From Flavobacteriales bacterium UBA6772 (GTDB taxonomy: Bacteria; Bacteroidota; Bacteroidia; Flavobacteriales; UBA7430): a stretch of 64,000 nucleotides of DNA. Of this stretch, positions 1 through 10,472 are shown piece by piece. Under the pieces are notes generated by a model. That model was given only the letters and a program-made list of their open reading frames with translations, had not been told where the DNA came from and ran no database searches. Where the stretch lies: positions 1,081 through 65,080 of the forward strand of contig CAJJAI010000001.1 in NCBI GenBank assembly GCA_905182215.1, in the 5' to 3' direction. A program made the position numbers and the translations under genes. Position 1 is the stretch's first letter. Each line of letters opens with the position of its first letter.

Positions 1-49
1 TAAATAGTATTGTCAGCAATTGTCAATTTGTTTCCCTAAACTTGTGCTA

Positions 50-3000
50 ATGGAAAATATACCTTTTAAAATTTACAGTGCTTCGGCTGGGTCAGGGAAA
101 ACTTTTACGCTGGTAAAAGAGTATTTGAAAATATGCTTGGCGAGTAAATCACCGAAAAAATTTGTCGAAATACTGGCTATTACTTTTACCAATAAGGCTG
201 CTTCAGAAATGAAAGAGCGGATTATTACAAGTTTAAAAGGCTTTGCAAATACTGAATCTGCCGAACAAACGGAGAAAGATATGTTGAGGCTAATAGCTAC
301 CGAAACGGGTATTAGCCCTGAGGAATTGTCTATACGCTCAAAAATTATTTTCGAAGCTATCTTACACAACTATTCTCAATTTTCTATTGGAACAATAGAT
401 AAATTTACCCACCGTATTATTAGAACTTTTGCTCAAGACCTAGATTTACCCGCGAATTTTGAGGTAGAAATGGATCATAAGCTTCTGTTAAAACAAGCGG
501 TCGACTTACTCATTAGTAGAACTGGGGAAGACGAAAAACTCACCCAGCTATTTGTAAGTTTCATAAAAGATAAAACAGCAGATGATAAAAGTTGGTTAAT
601 AGAAAATGACTTTTACACCATTGCAGAAGAACTCTTAAAAGAGAGCGGGCAGGAACATTGTGACAGCCTGAAAGATTTAAGTCTAGACGATTTCTTTTCC
701 ATCAAAAAATCCATTCAAGATTATATTTATAAGTTTGATGTAGAACTGGCTGCTATTGGTGCAGGATTTAAAAGTGATTGTGAGGATTTGAACCTGATGC
801 CAGAATGGATAGCTGGAGGTAAAAATGGTTTGTCTAAGTATTTTGAGTATTTGAAAATTAAGCAATGGAAAAGTTACACGCCTACCAAAACTACATATAA
901 AGCAATAGAAAAGGAAAATTGGCATTCTGCCAAAACACCTAATGAAATGAAGGGTCATATAGATACTCTTCAGAATAAATTTCAGCCTTTATTATTAAAA
1001 GTTTTGGAAATATTAGAAGACTATCCGAAGTATGTAAACTTCCGATTAATTGCCAGTAATTTTTATGCGATGGCAGTATTGCATGAGATTTCTAAGGAAA
1101 TGCAATACATAAAAGAACAAAACAACATCATCCCTATTGGGGAGTTCAATAAGAAAATTGCCGAAGTTCTACAAAATGAAGAAGGGAACTTTATTTACGA
1201 AAGGCTAGGCGAACGCTATGCGCATTATTTTATAGATGAGTTTCAGGATACCTCGGAGTTGCAGTGGAATAACTTAGTGCCGCTTATAGAAAATGCAATT
1301 GCAAACGGACAAAAGCCCGGTTCGGCAATGATTGTTGGCGATGCAAAACAAGCTATTTACAGATGGCGTGGGGGGGAGGTAGATCAGTTTATAGATTTAC
1401 AGATAAAAGCCAATAACCTACCTCCTAATCATCCGTACAAAATGGAGGCATTGTCATTAGAAAGTAATTACCGCTCTACAAAAGAAGTCGTTACTTTTAA
1501 CAATAAATTCTTTTCTTCTATTGCTCCAAAAATTGAAAAAGAATCCTACCGAAATCTATTTCAAGAGCTCAACTCCATACCCCAAAAAGGGGAAGGAGGC
1601 TACGTATCTATCGAGTATATAGAAAATGGCTCTGACTACGATGAGTTACAGTCTGCGAAATGTTTAGAGACTATAAGCTCTTTAAAGGTCGATGGATTCA
1701 ACTACGGAGACATTTGTATACTTACCCGTACAAAAGCAAAAGGAGCTTTAATAGTAAAAGCGCTTTCAGACCATAAAATACCTGTAATTTCTTCCGAATC
1801 CTTATTGTTGGAACAATCTACCGAAGTGAAGTTTATGCTTAACTTCTTACGTTTCCTAAACGAACCTTCTCATCCTAGATTCCGATTTAAACTATTAGAA
1901 TTCTTACATGAAAATGAATATTCTACCTGGACTTTAGATACGACTCAACAACAGCTCGAACGTTTATCGAAAGGTTCCGTAGCGCAATTTAATGCTTTCT
2001 TAAGCTCCTTAGTGCCCGATTATGAAATGCTTAAATGGCGTTCTATTTCTTTGATTGAAATGTGCCATAAAATTTCAAAATCCTTCCAACTAGAAAAATC
2101 TGCTCGAATTTATATGCAGTTTTTTATGGATGAGTTATGGGTATACAGCAATAAGTATTCTCAAGATCTTTTTGGATTCTTAAACTATTGGGAAGACAAA
2201 GCAACTAAGTTATCTGTTGCCATTCCCGAGGGTATAGACGCCGTACAAGTAATGACGATACATAAATCGAAAGGTTTAGAATTTCCGGTGGTTATTTTTC
2301 CTTTTGCCAATTGGGACTCCACCTCTGCTCAAGACCCTAAGTCTTGGGTTTCTATTGACGAACCTGAGTTAGAAAACTTACCCACTTCATTAATCCCTTT
2401 AAGCGATAAGTTAAAAACAAGTACAGCGCAGTTACAGGAAGTTTATGCAGAACATAAATCTAAGGTCTTATTAGATAATTTAAACATGTTGTATGTAGCG
2501 CTCACCAGACCTAAAACACGGCTTTATATTCAAACATCTAATAAGGGAGGTAATTTGAATCTCCATTTTGATAATTTCCTGAAAGCTGAAGGTATGTGGG
2601 AAGAAAAAAAGACGGTGTATTCCTTCGGAAGCCCACATAAATACCAAGCAAAAGAAAGATCAAAAAACAAGTATATTAAAGTTGTAGAGCCTATAAATAC
2701 ACTTTCTAATATTCTTAAAATTACCCGACAAGCCCCTAAAATGTGGGAAGTAGAGAATCCCGAAAAAGGAGCTGATAAAGGGAGGAAGGTACACGAAATC
2801 TTGTCTTATATTTTAGTGAAAGAAGACCTGGATTCGGCACTCGAAAAAGCTTTAAGAGAAGGTTTGATTGTAAATAGTGAAAACGCAGAATTGAGAATTC
2901 TTTTAGAGCGAGTTCTTAACCATAACGATCTACTAGCCTATTTTGCTAAAGGCTTAAAAGTGAAAAATGAAGAGGATATACTTTTGGCAAACGGAAAAGT

Positions 3001-3196
3001 TATTCGTCCAGATAGACTCGTGTTTGGCGATAATGGGATTACTATTATAGATTATAAAACAGGGGAAGCTTTAAAGAGTCACGAAGAGCAAATATTGAAC
3101 TACAGTAGGCATATTAAAGAAATGGGCTATGCCGTAAATAGCTGTGTTTTGGTCTATATAAATGAAGATTCAATTGTATTAAATGAACCCGTATAA
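50..3196 (+). CDS. addA: AddA/UvrD-like ATP-dependent helicase-nuclease
   Basis: Walker A ASAGSGKT, AITFTNKAA, IDEFQDTS, VGDAKQAIYRWRGG, MTIHKSKGLEF, YVALTR; C-terminal PD-(D/E)XK nuclease (RPDRL..IIDYKTG). ATG at 50 preferred over TTG at 20. Confidence 0.88.
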   Translation: MENIPFKIYSASAGSGKTFTLVKEYLKICLASKSPKKFVEILAITFTNKAASEMKERIITSLKGFANTESAEQTEKDMLRLIATETGISPEELSIRSKIIFEAILHNYSQFSIGTIDKFTHRIIRTFAQDLDLPANFEVEMDHKLLLKQAVDLLISRTGEDEKLTQLFVSFIKDKTADDKSWLIENDFYTIAEELLKESGQEHCDSLKDLSLDDFFSIKKSIQDYIYKFDVELAAIGAGFKSDCEDLNLMPEWIAGGKNGLSKYFEYLKIKQWKSYTPTKTTYKAIEKENWHSAKTPNEMKGHIDTLQNKFQPLLLKVLEILEDYPKYVNFRLIASNFYAMAVLHEISKEMQYIKEQNNIIPIGEFNKKIAEVLQNEEGNFIYERLGERYAHYFIDEFQDTSELQWNNLVPLIENAIANGQKPGSAMIVGDAKQAIYRWRGGEVDQFIDLQIKANNLPPNHPYKMEALSLESNYRSTKEVVTFNNKFFSSIAPKIEKESYRNLFQELNSIPQKGEGGYVSIEYIENGSDYDELQSAKCLETISSLKVDGFNYGDICILTRTKAKGALIVKALSDHKIPVISSESLLLEQSTEVKFMLNFLRFLNEPSHPRFRFKLLEFLHENEYSTWTLDTTQQQLERLSKGSVAQFNAFLSSLVPDYEMLKWRSISLIEMCHKISKSFQLEKSARIYMQFFMDELWVYSNKYSQDLFGFLNYWEDKATKLSVAIPEGIDAVQVMTIHKSKGLEFPVVIFPFANWDSTSAQDPKSWVSIDEPELENLPTSLIPLSDKLKTSTAQLQEVYAEHKSKVLLDNLNMLYVALTRPKTRLYIQTSNKGGNLNLHFDNFLKAEGMWEEKKTVYSFGSPHKYQAKERSKNKYIKVVEPINTLSNILKITRQAPKMWEVENPEKGADKGRKVHEILSYILVKEDLDSALEKALREGLIVNSENAELRILLERVLNHNDLLAYFAKGLKVKNEEDILLANGKVIRPDRLVFGDNGITIIDYKTGEALKSHEEQILNYSRHIKEMGYAVNSCVLVYINEDSIVLNEPV

Positions 3197-6024
3197 TGGA
3201 GAAGTTTATAAATAAAATAGCGCAAACAATTTATGCTTCTAAGAAAGAGCAACTAGAAGATTTATGCATTGTTTTACCGAGTAAAAGAGCGGGAACCTTC
3301 TTTAAACAAGCCCTGGCAGATTTAAGTGATGTTCCACTGTGGATGCCTAAAATTTATTCTATTGAAGACTGGTTAGAGGAACTTTCTGGGTATGCAATCC
3401 TCGATCGTACTAGCCTGCTCTTTGAGTTGTATATCTCCTACCAAGAAGTATTTCCTAAAGAGGAGCAAGATTCTTTTGAGGCCTTTTTAAAATGGGCTCC
3501 CATGTTGCTTACCGACTTTAACGATATTGATGCTTATTTAGAACAACCTAATAAACTATTCGACTATTTACATCAGGCTAAAAAAATTGAAGCATGGACT
3601 CCATTAAGTGGTGAAACCAGCGATATGGTAAACAACTACCTTAGGTTCTGGGAACTTATGGGACTCCTATTTGTTAATTTTAAAACACGATTAGAAGCTC
3701 AAAACAATGCTTTTCAAGGGATGGCTTACCGCAAAGCGTCGGATGTTATTGGTAGGTGGATTATAGAAAATAAACCGGCAAAAGGATCTGTTTGTTATGT
3801 GGGCTTTAATGCCATGAATCCTTGCGAGGAACGTATTATGAGAACTTTAATAGCCGAAGACATAGCCGAGGCCTTCTGGGATGCTGATACCTATTACTTA
3901 AACGATAAAAAACAAGAAGCTGGAAAGTATCTACGCAAACATAAACAGTGGCCAGAATTTGAAAGCAGAGGTTTTAACTGGTTATGTTCCGAGCTTAACA
4001 AAACCAAAGAAATTAAAGTTTATGGTGTTCCTAAAGGGATAGCACAAGCACAATTAGCTGGGTCTTTAGTAGATGAACATCACAGTAAAAAACAAGAACT
4101 TAAAGATGTAGCTTTAGTATTAGCAGATGAAAACTTACTACTTCCAGTATTAGAATTTTTGCCTAATTCTATCGATAAACTCAATATTACCATGGGGAAT
4201 TCTATGCGTAATGTGCATATGTATGCCTTCTTCGATGCCTTCTTTCAACTGCATATTAACAGAGAAAAGCTAAGTGGTAAAAACGAGAAATTCTACTACC
4301 AAGATTTGTTTAAAATCTGGCAACACCCCGCTTTTCAAACATCGGGTTATGCAGGAGCTCTGTTATTACTCAAGCAAAAATTACAAAGTTTAAATCACTC
4401 TTTCCCATCTAAGGAAGCGGTTTTAGAGCATTGCCCTAAGGAATTACTTTCTTGGATGAAACTCTTATTAAACTATAAAAGTGAGCATCCCTTTGGAATA
4501 ATTGATGATGCCCTAAGCTTAATAGACTTAATAAAAACAAATACGATTGCCCAAGGCAGAAAAGATTCGCTAGACCTAGAACAGCTCTTCGTATTTGCGA
4601 AACTATTTAATCAGATTAAAAACCTACAAGACAAATATGGTTTTATAAAAGAGTTAAAAACACTGCACCACCTATTTAAGCAAAGTTCGCGTTTAGAGAG
4701 TCTTTCCTTTTTTGGAGAACCACTTTCTGGTCTGCAGTTAATGGGGATGCTAGAAACTAGAAACCTCGATTTTGAACATGTAATTTTACTCTCTGCAAAT
4801 GAGGGCTTCTTACCTGAAGGGAAGAGCGATAATTCCTTTATTCCTTTTGACATCCGCAAAGAAGTTGGTTTACCTACTTACTTAGATAAAGATGCCATTT
4901 TTGCCTATCACTTTTACCGTCTAGCACAACGCTGTAAAACTCTTACCCTGGTTTATAACACCGAATCTGATGCTATGGGAGCAGGAGAAAAGAGTCGTTT
5001 TATTACACAGTTAGAAAATGAACTTTTTACTAAATACCCTAGTACAATTAGCTTTTCTGAAGAAATACTATCCCACGAATTACAACAGATAATCCCCAAA
5101 GAACTCTCTATTGTAAAGGACGTAGAAATACAAGAAAAATTAAAAGACTTGGCTACAGGAAAGGGCTTTTCTCCTTCTTCGCTGAATAGTTATAAAAACT
5201 GCCCTATGCAGTTTTATTACGAAAAAGTATTAAAAATTAGAGATCCAGAGGTGGTGGAAGAGACTATTGCAGCCAATACTTTGGGTACTGTGGTACACCG
5301 TGCTTTAGAAGATTTTTACAAGCCTTTTTTAAACCAACTAATTAGTCAAAGTGATGTAAAAGCCATGTTGCCTAAAATTCCTGCCAAATTAAATGAACTC
5401 TTTGCGAGTGAATTTAAAAAAGGGGTTTTCAATAAGGGTAAAAATTTATTAATTTATACCGTTGCCGAACAGTTTTTAAACGCCTTTCTTAAAGATGAAA
5501 TTAAACAACTTTCGAAAGGTGATGAAATTCATATTAAAGGCTTAGAGGAAGATTTAAAAGCATCTATTTCTGTGGAAGGAATCGATTTTCCAATTAACCT
5601 AAATGGGAACGCCGATAGGATAGATCGTTTTAATGGTGGTTTAAGAATTACGGATTATAAAACAGGTAAAGTAGACAAGAACGAGCTTCAAACAGATGAT
5701 TTTGAGAAACTCGTTTGGGACAAGAAATACCAAAAAGGCTTTCAGTTGTATTTGTACGCCTATTTATACCAGCAGATGCATCCGGAAGAGAAAGAGTTGC
5801 AAGCCGGAATCGTGAGCTTTAGAGCCCTCAAGAATGGGTTTATCCCAGCGGGGTATAAGGAGGGTAGGTCAGACGCGATAACTCAATTAGATAAAGGGTT
5901 TTTAACTGAATTTGAAACGGAGTTTAAAACCCTGCTCTCCGATATTTTTGACAAAGAGAAACCCTTTGAACATAGAGATAGGACTGAGCCTTGCCGTTTC
6001 TGTGATCCAGAAGAGTTTAGGTAA
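3196..6024 (+). CDS. addB: AddB-like inactive helicase + PD-(D/E)XK nuclease
   Basis: 1-bp overlap with addA; LPSKRA, GLQLMGMLETRNLDF, FSPSSLNSY..CP..FYY, GNADRID..ITDYKTG, terminal CRFC. Confidence 0.8.
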   Translation: MEKFINKIAQTIYASKKEQLEDLCIVLPSKRAGTFFKQALADLSDVPLWMPKIYSIEDWLEELSGYAILDRTSLLFELYISYQEVFPKEEQDSFEAFLKWAPMLLTDFNDIDAYLEQPNKLFDYLHQAKKIEAWTPLSGETSDMVNNYLRFWELMGLLFVNFKTRLEAQNNAFQGMAYRKASDVIGRWIIENKPAKGSVCYVGFNAMNPCEERIMRTLIAEDIAEAFWDADTYYLNDKKQEAGKYLRKHKQWPEFESRGFNWLCSELNKTKEIKVYGVPKGIAQAQLAGSLVDEHHSKKQELKDVALVLADENLLLPVLEFLPNSIDKLNITMGNSMRNVHMYAFFDAFFQLHINREKLSGKNEKFYYQDLFKIWQHPAFQTSGYAGALLLLKQKLQSLNHSFPSKEAVLEHCPKELLSWMKLLLNYKSEHPFGIIDDALSLIDLIKTNTIAQGRKDSLDLEQLFVFAKLFNQIKNLQDKYGFIKELKTLHHLFKQSSRLESLSFFGEPLSGLQLMGMLETRNLDFEHVILLSANEGFLPEGKSDNSFIPFDIRKEVGLPTYLDKDAIFAYHFYRLAQRCKTLTLVYNTESDAMGAGEKSRFITQLENELFTKYPSTISFSEEILSHELQQIIPKELSIVKDVEIQEKLKDLATGKGFSPSSLNSYKNCPMQFYYEKVLKIRDPEVVEETIAANTLGTVVHRALEDFYKPFLNQLISQSDVKAMLPKIPAKLNELFASEFKKGVFNKGKNLLIYTVAEQFLNAFLKDEIKQLSKGDEIHIKGLEEDLKASISVEGIDFPINLNGNADRIDRFNGGLRITDYKTGKVDKNELQTDDFEKLVWDKKYQKGFQLYLYAYLYQQMHPEEKELQAGIVSFRALKNGFIPAGYKEGRSDAITQLDKGFLTEFETEFKTLLSDIFDKEKPFEHRDRTEPCRFCDPEEFR

Positions 6025-6035
6025 TTGTAGCGTAC

Positions 6036-6072
6036 AAAAAAGCCCTTGTGAATTCTCACAAGGGCTTTTTTT
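6036..6072. terminator. Bidirectional intrinsic terminator
   Basis: aaaaaagcccttgtga-at-tc-tcacaagggcttttttt hairpin between convergent genes. Confidence 0.85.
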
Positions 6073-6081
6073 GAAAATAAA

Positions 6082-6762
6082 TTATTCTGAATATATCAGC
6101 GTAGGGCAAAAATAAAAGTCACTAATATCTTCCGTTATTTTTAGCTGATATCCTTTAGCGAATTCTAAATCGCCAATTCCATTGAATTCCCAGTCGGGTA
6201 AATAAGAGTTTCCTAGATTGTCTTTTACGATGATGATTTTGTCTTCTACTGTACTAAAAGCTTCTATTACATTTAGGGGTTCTACGCAGGTATAGCCAAT
6301 CATGTTCCAGCCTTGTGTTAAATTTAGCGGTATATTTAATTCTGTGATTATTTGGTTGCAATCTGTTGCTTCTTGTACAGTAAATGAGATAGTGTCAATT
6401 ATAGGAACTAGTTGATAGTCTGGTTCGCAACCGAAACCACTGTACAACCTACATATCACTTCGTAATCACCAACTTGTTTCGTTCCTAAATAAATTGAAA
6501 ATGATTCGCTTTGGGGCGCCCAAATAGCAGAAAAATTATGATAAATGTGGAAGGATGCAGCAAGCACATTATAGCTAAAACTAGCCAAAACAGATGATGC
6601 ATCATATGAGGTACTGTATTGTCCAGCAACATGACACATCAAAAATATTGAATCTGATTCGGTGGGATTTGTTGGAACAATAGAATAGCTATGACCGACT
6701 TGCGCCTTCCCAACCGAACTCATCAAAAACAGGAGTAGAAATAATTGTATTGCTTTTTTCAT
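6082..6762 (-). CDS. Secreted hypothetical protein with C-terminal GWNMIGY/YLPxWxFNGIGD module
   Basis: Signal peptide ..VGKA|Q; C-terminal ~65 aa similar to two modules of the 56346..61172 protein; no T9SS CTD seen. Confidence 0.75.
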   Translation of the reverse strand: MKKAIQLFLLLFLMSSVGKAQVGHSYSIVPTNPTESDSIFLMCHVAGQYSTSYDASSVLASFSYNVLAASFHIYHNFSAIWAPQSESFSIYLGTKQVGDYEVICRLYSGFGCEPDYQLVPIIDTISFTVQEATDCNQIITELNIPLNLTQGWNMIGYTCVEPLNVIEAFSTVEDKIIIVKDNLGNSYLPDWEFNGIGDLEFAKGYQLKITEDISDFYFCPTLIYSE

Positions 6763-6829
6763 AATGCTGGAATTAATTATTAATCCAACTAAAGTACATT
6801 AAATAAGTCGTTTATGATTTTTTAAGTAC

Positions 6830-6861
6830 AAAAAAAGCCTCCCGATTAACAGGAGGCTTTT
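6830..6861 (-). terminator. Intrinsic terminator after lysS
   Basis: aaaaaaagcctcc-cgattaaca-ggaggctttt. Confidence 0.8.
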
Positions 6862-6879
6862 GTATTTTAGAATGTAAAT

Positions 6880-8589
6880 TTATTCCATTAAATCGATAGT
6901 TACACCAGCATCTGTTTTAGTAGCTTTTGTAAGCCCTAATTTACCTAGGGCTTTTAAGCCTTTATCCCATTGCTTATTACTCAATCCTGCCATAGATTTC
7001 AGCGCTTCTATATTCATAGATTTTCGCTCTAGCAGTACATCGTAAATCGCTTGTTCGTTTTCTTTTAAATAGTCTGCTTTGCTCTCTTCAAATTTCTCTG
7101 GTCGCATTTGCGGGAAGAACAATACTTCTTGTATTGACGATTGGTTGGTCATCAACATTGTTAAACGGTCAATCCCAATTCCCATACCCGATGTTGGAGG
7201 CATACCGTACTCCAATGCTCTCAAGAAATCTTGATCGATAAACATCGCCTCGTCATCACCTTTAGCCGATAAAGCTAATTGCTCTTCAAAACGCGCACGC
7301 TGATCTATAGGATCGTTTAATTCTGAATAAGCATTGGCGATTTCTTTACCATTTACCATTAATTCAAAACGCTCCGTTAATTCTGGATTCTCGCGGTGTA
7401 CTTTACACAATGGAGACATCTCCTTAGGATAGTCGGTAATAAAAGTAGGTTGTATATAGTGTGGTTCACATTTCTCTCCGAAAATCTCGTCGATCAATTT
7501 CCCCTTACCCATACTTTCTTCTATCTCTATACCTAAGCTTTTACAAGCTTCTTGTAATTGAGGTACATCCATACCCGAAATATCAATTCCTGTATGATCT
7601 TTAATCGCATCGGTCATCGTTACACGTGCAAACGGTGCTTTAAAGCTGATGTCTGTTTCGCCCATTACAATGTCTGTTTTACCGTTCACATCCATCGCTA
7701 CACGCTGAATCATTTGTTCGGTAAAGTCCATCATCCAGTTGTAGTCTTTATAGGCTACATAAATCTCCATTACGGTAAATTCTGGATTGTGCGTACGGTC
7801 CATTCCTTCGTTACGGAAGTCTTTGGCAAATTCGTACACTCCATCAAAACCACCTACAATTAATCTTTTAAGATACAATTCGTTGGCAATTCTTAAGTAT
7901 AATGGAATGTCTAAGGCATTGTGATGCGAGATAAAAGGACGCGCTGATGCTCCACCTGGAATAGGTTGAAGAATAGGCGTTTCTACCTCTAAATAATCTC
8001 TCTCGTTAAAGAAAGCACGCATACTATTCATAATCTTAGTACGCTTTATAAAAGTCTCTTTTACGCCTTTGTTAACGATCAAATCAACATAACGCTGACG
8101 GTAGCGCAATTCAGGATCTGTAAAAGCATCGTGTACATTTCCATCTTCATCCGTTTTTACAACCGGAAGTGGTTTTAATGATTTTGCTAATACAGTGAAA
8201 TTCTTAACTAGCAAAGAAATCTCACCCACTTGGGTTTTGAAAAGTTCTCCTTCAACGCCAATAAAATCACCCATATCGAGTAATTTCTTGAAGACATCGT
8301 TGTACATCATTTTATCTTCTCCCGTACAAATTTCGTCTCGGTTAAAGTAAAGTTGCAAACGACCTTCGGCATCTTGTAATTCTGCAAAAGACGCTTTCCC
8401 CATAATACGACGACTCATCAAACGACCCGCTAAGCACACCTGTTTACCTTCTTCGTAGTTTTCCGTACACTCTTTAGTGTATGTGTTTACGTGGTAGGTT
8501 GCGGCTGGGTAGGGTTCGATACCTAAATCTCTCAATTTTTGAAGAGATTCTCTACGACCCAATTCTTGTTCTGATAGTTGTGCGCTCAT
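6880..8589 (-). CDS. lysS: Lysine--tRNA ligase (class II)
   Basis: OB-fold N-terminus, RYRQRYVDL, LEVETPIL, FRNEGMDRTHNPEFT, YGMPPTSGMGIGIDR. ATG at 8589 preferred because a TATATTTG element lies at 8605-8612. Confidence 0.97.
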   Translation of the reverse strand: MSAQLSEQELGRRESLQKLRDLGIEPYPAATYHVNTYTKECTENYEEGKQVCLAGRLMSRRIMGKASFAELQDAEGRLQLYFNRDEICTGEDKMMYNDVFKKLLDMGDFIGVEGELFKTQVGEISLLVKNFTVLAKSLKPLPVVKTDEDGNVHDAFTDPELRYRQRYVDLIVNKGVKETFIKRTKIMNSMRAFFNERDYLEVETPILQPIPGGASARPFISHHNALDIPLYLRIANELYLKRLIVGGFDGVYEFAKDFRNEGMDRTHNPEFTVMEIYVAYKDYNWMMDFTEQMIQRVAMDVNGKTDIVMGETDISFKAPFARVTMTDAIKDHTGIDISGMDVPQLQEACKSLGIEIEESMGKGKLIDEIFGEKCEPHYIQPTFITDYPKEMSPLCKVHRENPELTERFELMVNGKEIANAYSELNDPIDQRARFEEQLALSAKGDDEAMFIDQDFLRALEYGMPPTSGMGIGIDRLTMLMTNQSSIQEVLFFPQMRPEKFEESKADYLKENEQAIYDVLLERKSMNIEALKSMAGLSNKQWDKGLKALGKLGLTKATKTDAGVTIDLME

Positions 8590-8604
8590 AGCTAGAAATT
8601 TGCG

Positions 8605-8612
8605 CAAATATA
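8605..8612 (-). promoter_or_regulatory. Bacteroidota -7 promoter element TATATTTG for lysS
   Basis: Matches TAnnTTTG, 15 bp upstream of the ATG. Confidence 0.65.
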
Positions 8613-8680
8613 CCAAAATTAGAAAGATTTATACTTACTTTGCAACTTGTAAAAACCGAATTAGAAATAGGCTTATATAG

Positions 8681-9664
8681 ATGAAAAAATTAATCGCTGG
8701 TTTTGGAAACCAATTACGTCACGCTTTAGAAATTGGGGCTGCTAGTGCGCTAAAAACGAATACTAAAGAAATTAGAAATGTGATGATTACAGGACTTGGC
8801 GGTTCTGGAATTGGAGGTACTATAGTTTCAGAATTAGTAGCTAAAGAATGTATTGTTCCAATTAGCTCTAATAAAGGTTACGATTTACCCGAATATATAA
8901 ACGAAAATAGCCTTGTTATCTGTTCTTCTTTTTCTGGAAATACAGAAGAAACATTAGAAGCTTTTGAAAAAGCGATGGCTAAAGGAGCCGAAATTGCTTG
9001 TGTAACTTCTGGAGGGGAATTACTAGAATTGGCAATAGAAAATAAATTGAATTATATTCAGTTACCTACAGCAGAATCTCCTAGAACAATGATGGGGTAT
9101 TCTATTACTCAGTTGTTCTATTTATTAAATCACTACGGTTTAATTAGCGATACATTTAAAGTAGAGCTAAACAATGCCTCAACTTTAATTGATAATTTAC
9201 AAGAAGAAATTCAAGCGGATGCCGAACGTATTTCGGATCATATAGAAGGTAAAACGCCTATTATTTATGCCTGTGATGGGTACGAAGGAATGGCTGTTCG
9301 TTTCCGTCAGCAGATGAACGAAAACGCAAAAATGCTTTGCTGGCACAACATTGTGCCAGAAATGAATCACAACGAATTGGTTGGTTGGAGAAATAAAGAC
9401 GAAAACTTAGCTGTAATCTTCTTTAGAAACGACACTGATTATACTCGTAATCAAAAGCGTTTAGAAATTAATAAAGAAGTGATTTCTAAATATACATCAT
9501 CGGTAATGGAATACTGGTCTAAAGGAGAGTCTATGATAGAAAAGACGTTCTACTTCGTAAATGTTGGTGATCATGTTTCGTATATTATTTCAAAGAGAAA
9601 TGGTGTTGTTGCTGAAGAAATTGGGGTGATTGATAATCTTAAAGAATCCTTAGCTAAATTCTAA
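8681..9664 (+). CDS. Bifunctional phosphoglucose/phosphomannose isomerase (SIS domains)
   Basis: GLGGSGIGG, SSFSGNTEET, RFRQQMNENAK, PEMNHNE. Confidence 0.9.
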   Translation: MKKLIAGFGNQLRHALEIGAASALKTNTKEIRNVMITGLGGSGIGGTIVSELVAKECIVPISSNKGYDLPEYINENSLVICSSFSGNTEETLEAFEKAMAKGAEIACVTSGGELLELAIENKLNYIQLPTAESPRTMMGYSITQLFYLLNHYGLISDTFKVELNNASTLIDNLQEEIQADAERISDHIEGKTPIIYACDGYEGMAVRFRQQMNENAKMLCWHNIVPEMNHNELVGWRNKDENLAVIFFRNDTDYTRNQKRLEINKEVISKYTSSVMEYWSKGESMIEKTFYFVNVGDHVSYIISKRNGVVAEEIGVIDNLKESLAKF

Positions 9665-9687
9665 AAACTCCAATTTTCATTCAAACA

Positions 9688-10398
9688 ATGCAACAAGTAA
9701 AATACATCAACTTAGGTCTGGTAGATTATAAGGAAGCTTGGGGTTTTCAGGAAGAACTTTTTCAAGGAATTATTGATGTAAAACGAGCAAATAGAGCTCG
9801 CGAAAAAGAAGGTGATTCTTTTGTAGAAGCTACAATTAGTAAGTTAATTTTTTGCGAACATCCTCATGTTTTCACACTCGGTAAAAGCGGACACCTTTCC
9901 CATTTATTGGTAAATGAAGAACAACTTGCTGCTAAAGGAGCCAGTTTTTATAAGATTAATAGGGGTGGAGATATTACCTATCACGGACCTGGGCAATTGG
10001 TGGGGTATCCAATTTTCGATTTAGATAATTTTTTTACAGACATTCATAAATACCTTCGTTTTTTAGAAGAAGCCGTAATACTTACCCTTGCCGAATACGG
10101 TATTGTAGGAGGTAGAATAACCGGTTCTACAGGTGTCTGGTTAGATTGGGAAAATCCTAAAGCAAGAAAAATTTGTGCTTTAGGAGTGCGTTCTAGTCGT
10201 TGGGTAACTATGCACGGATTTGCCTTTAATGTGAATTCCGATTTAGATTATTTCTCTAATATTATCCCTTGTGGTATTACCGATAAAGCTGTGACTTCCC
10301 TACAAAAAGAATTAGGTAGAGTAGTAGATATGGCGGAAGTACAAGAGAAAGTGAAGAAGCACTTAGCAGTTCTGTTCGAAATGAAATTGGAAGAGTAG
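9688..10398 (+). CDS. lipB: Lipoyl(octanoyl) transferase
   Basis: CEHPHVFTLGK, RGGDITYHGPGQLVGYPI, RKICALG, HGFAFNV, IIPCG. Confidence 0.96.
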   Translation: MQQVKYINLGLVDYKEAWGFQEELFQGIIDVKRANRAREKEGDSFVEATISKLIFCEHPHVFTLGKSGHLSHLLVNEEQLAAKGASFYKINRGGDITYHGPGQLVGYPIFDLDNFFTDIHKYLRFLEEAVILTLAEYGIVGGRITGSTGVWLDWENPKARKICALGVRSSRWVTMHGFAFNVNSDLDYFSNIIPCGITDKAVTSLQKELGRVVDMAEVQEKVKKHLAVLFEMKLEE

Positions 10399-10442
10399 AA
10401 ATTTAGCTTTTCATCCTAATTTCCTCACTCTCTCAAATTGTT

Positions 10443-10450
10443 TAGCTTTG
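10443..10450 (+). promoter_or_regulatory. -7 promoter element TAGCTTTG
   Basis: TAnnTTTG 22 bp upstream of the acyltransferase ATG. Confidence 0.55.
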
Positions 10451-10472
10451 CCCACTTACCATTAAACTGTAT

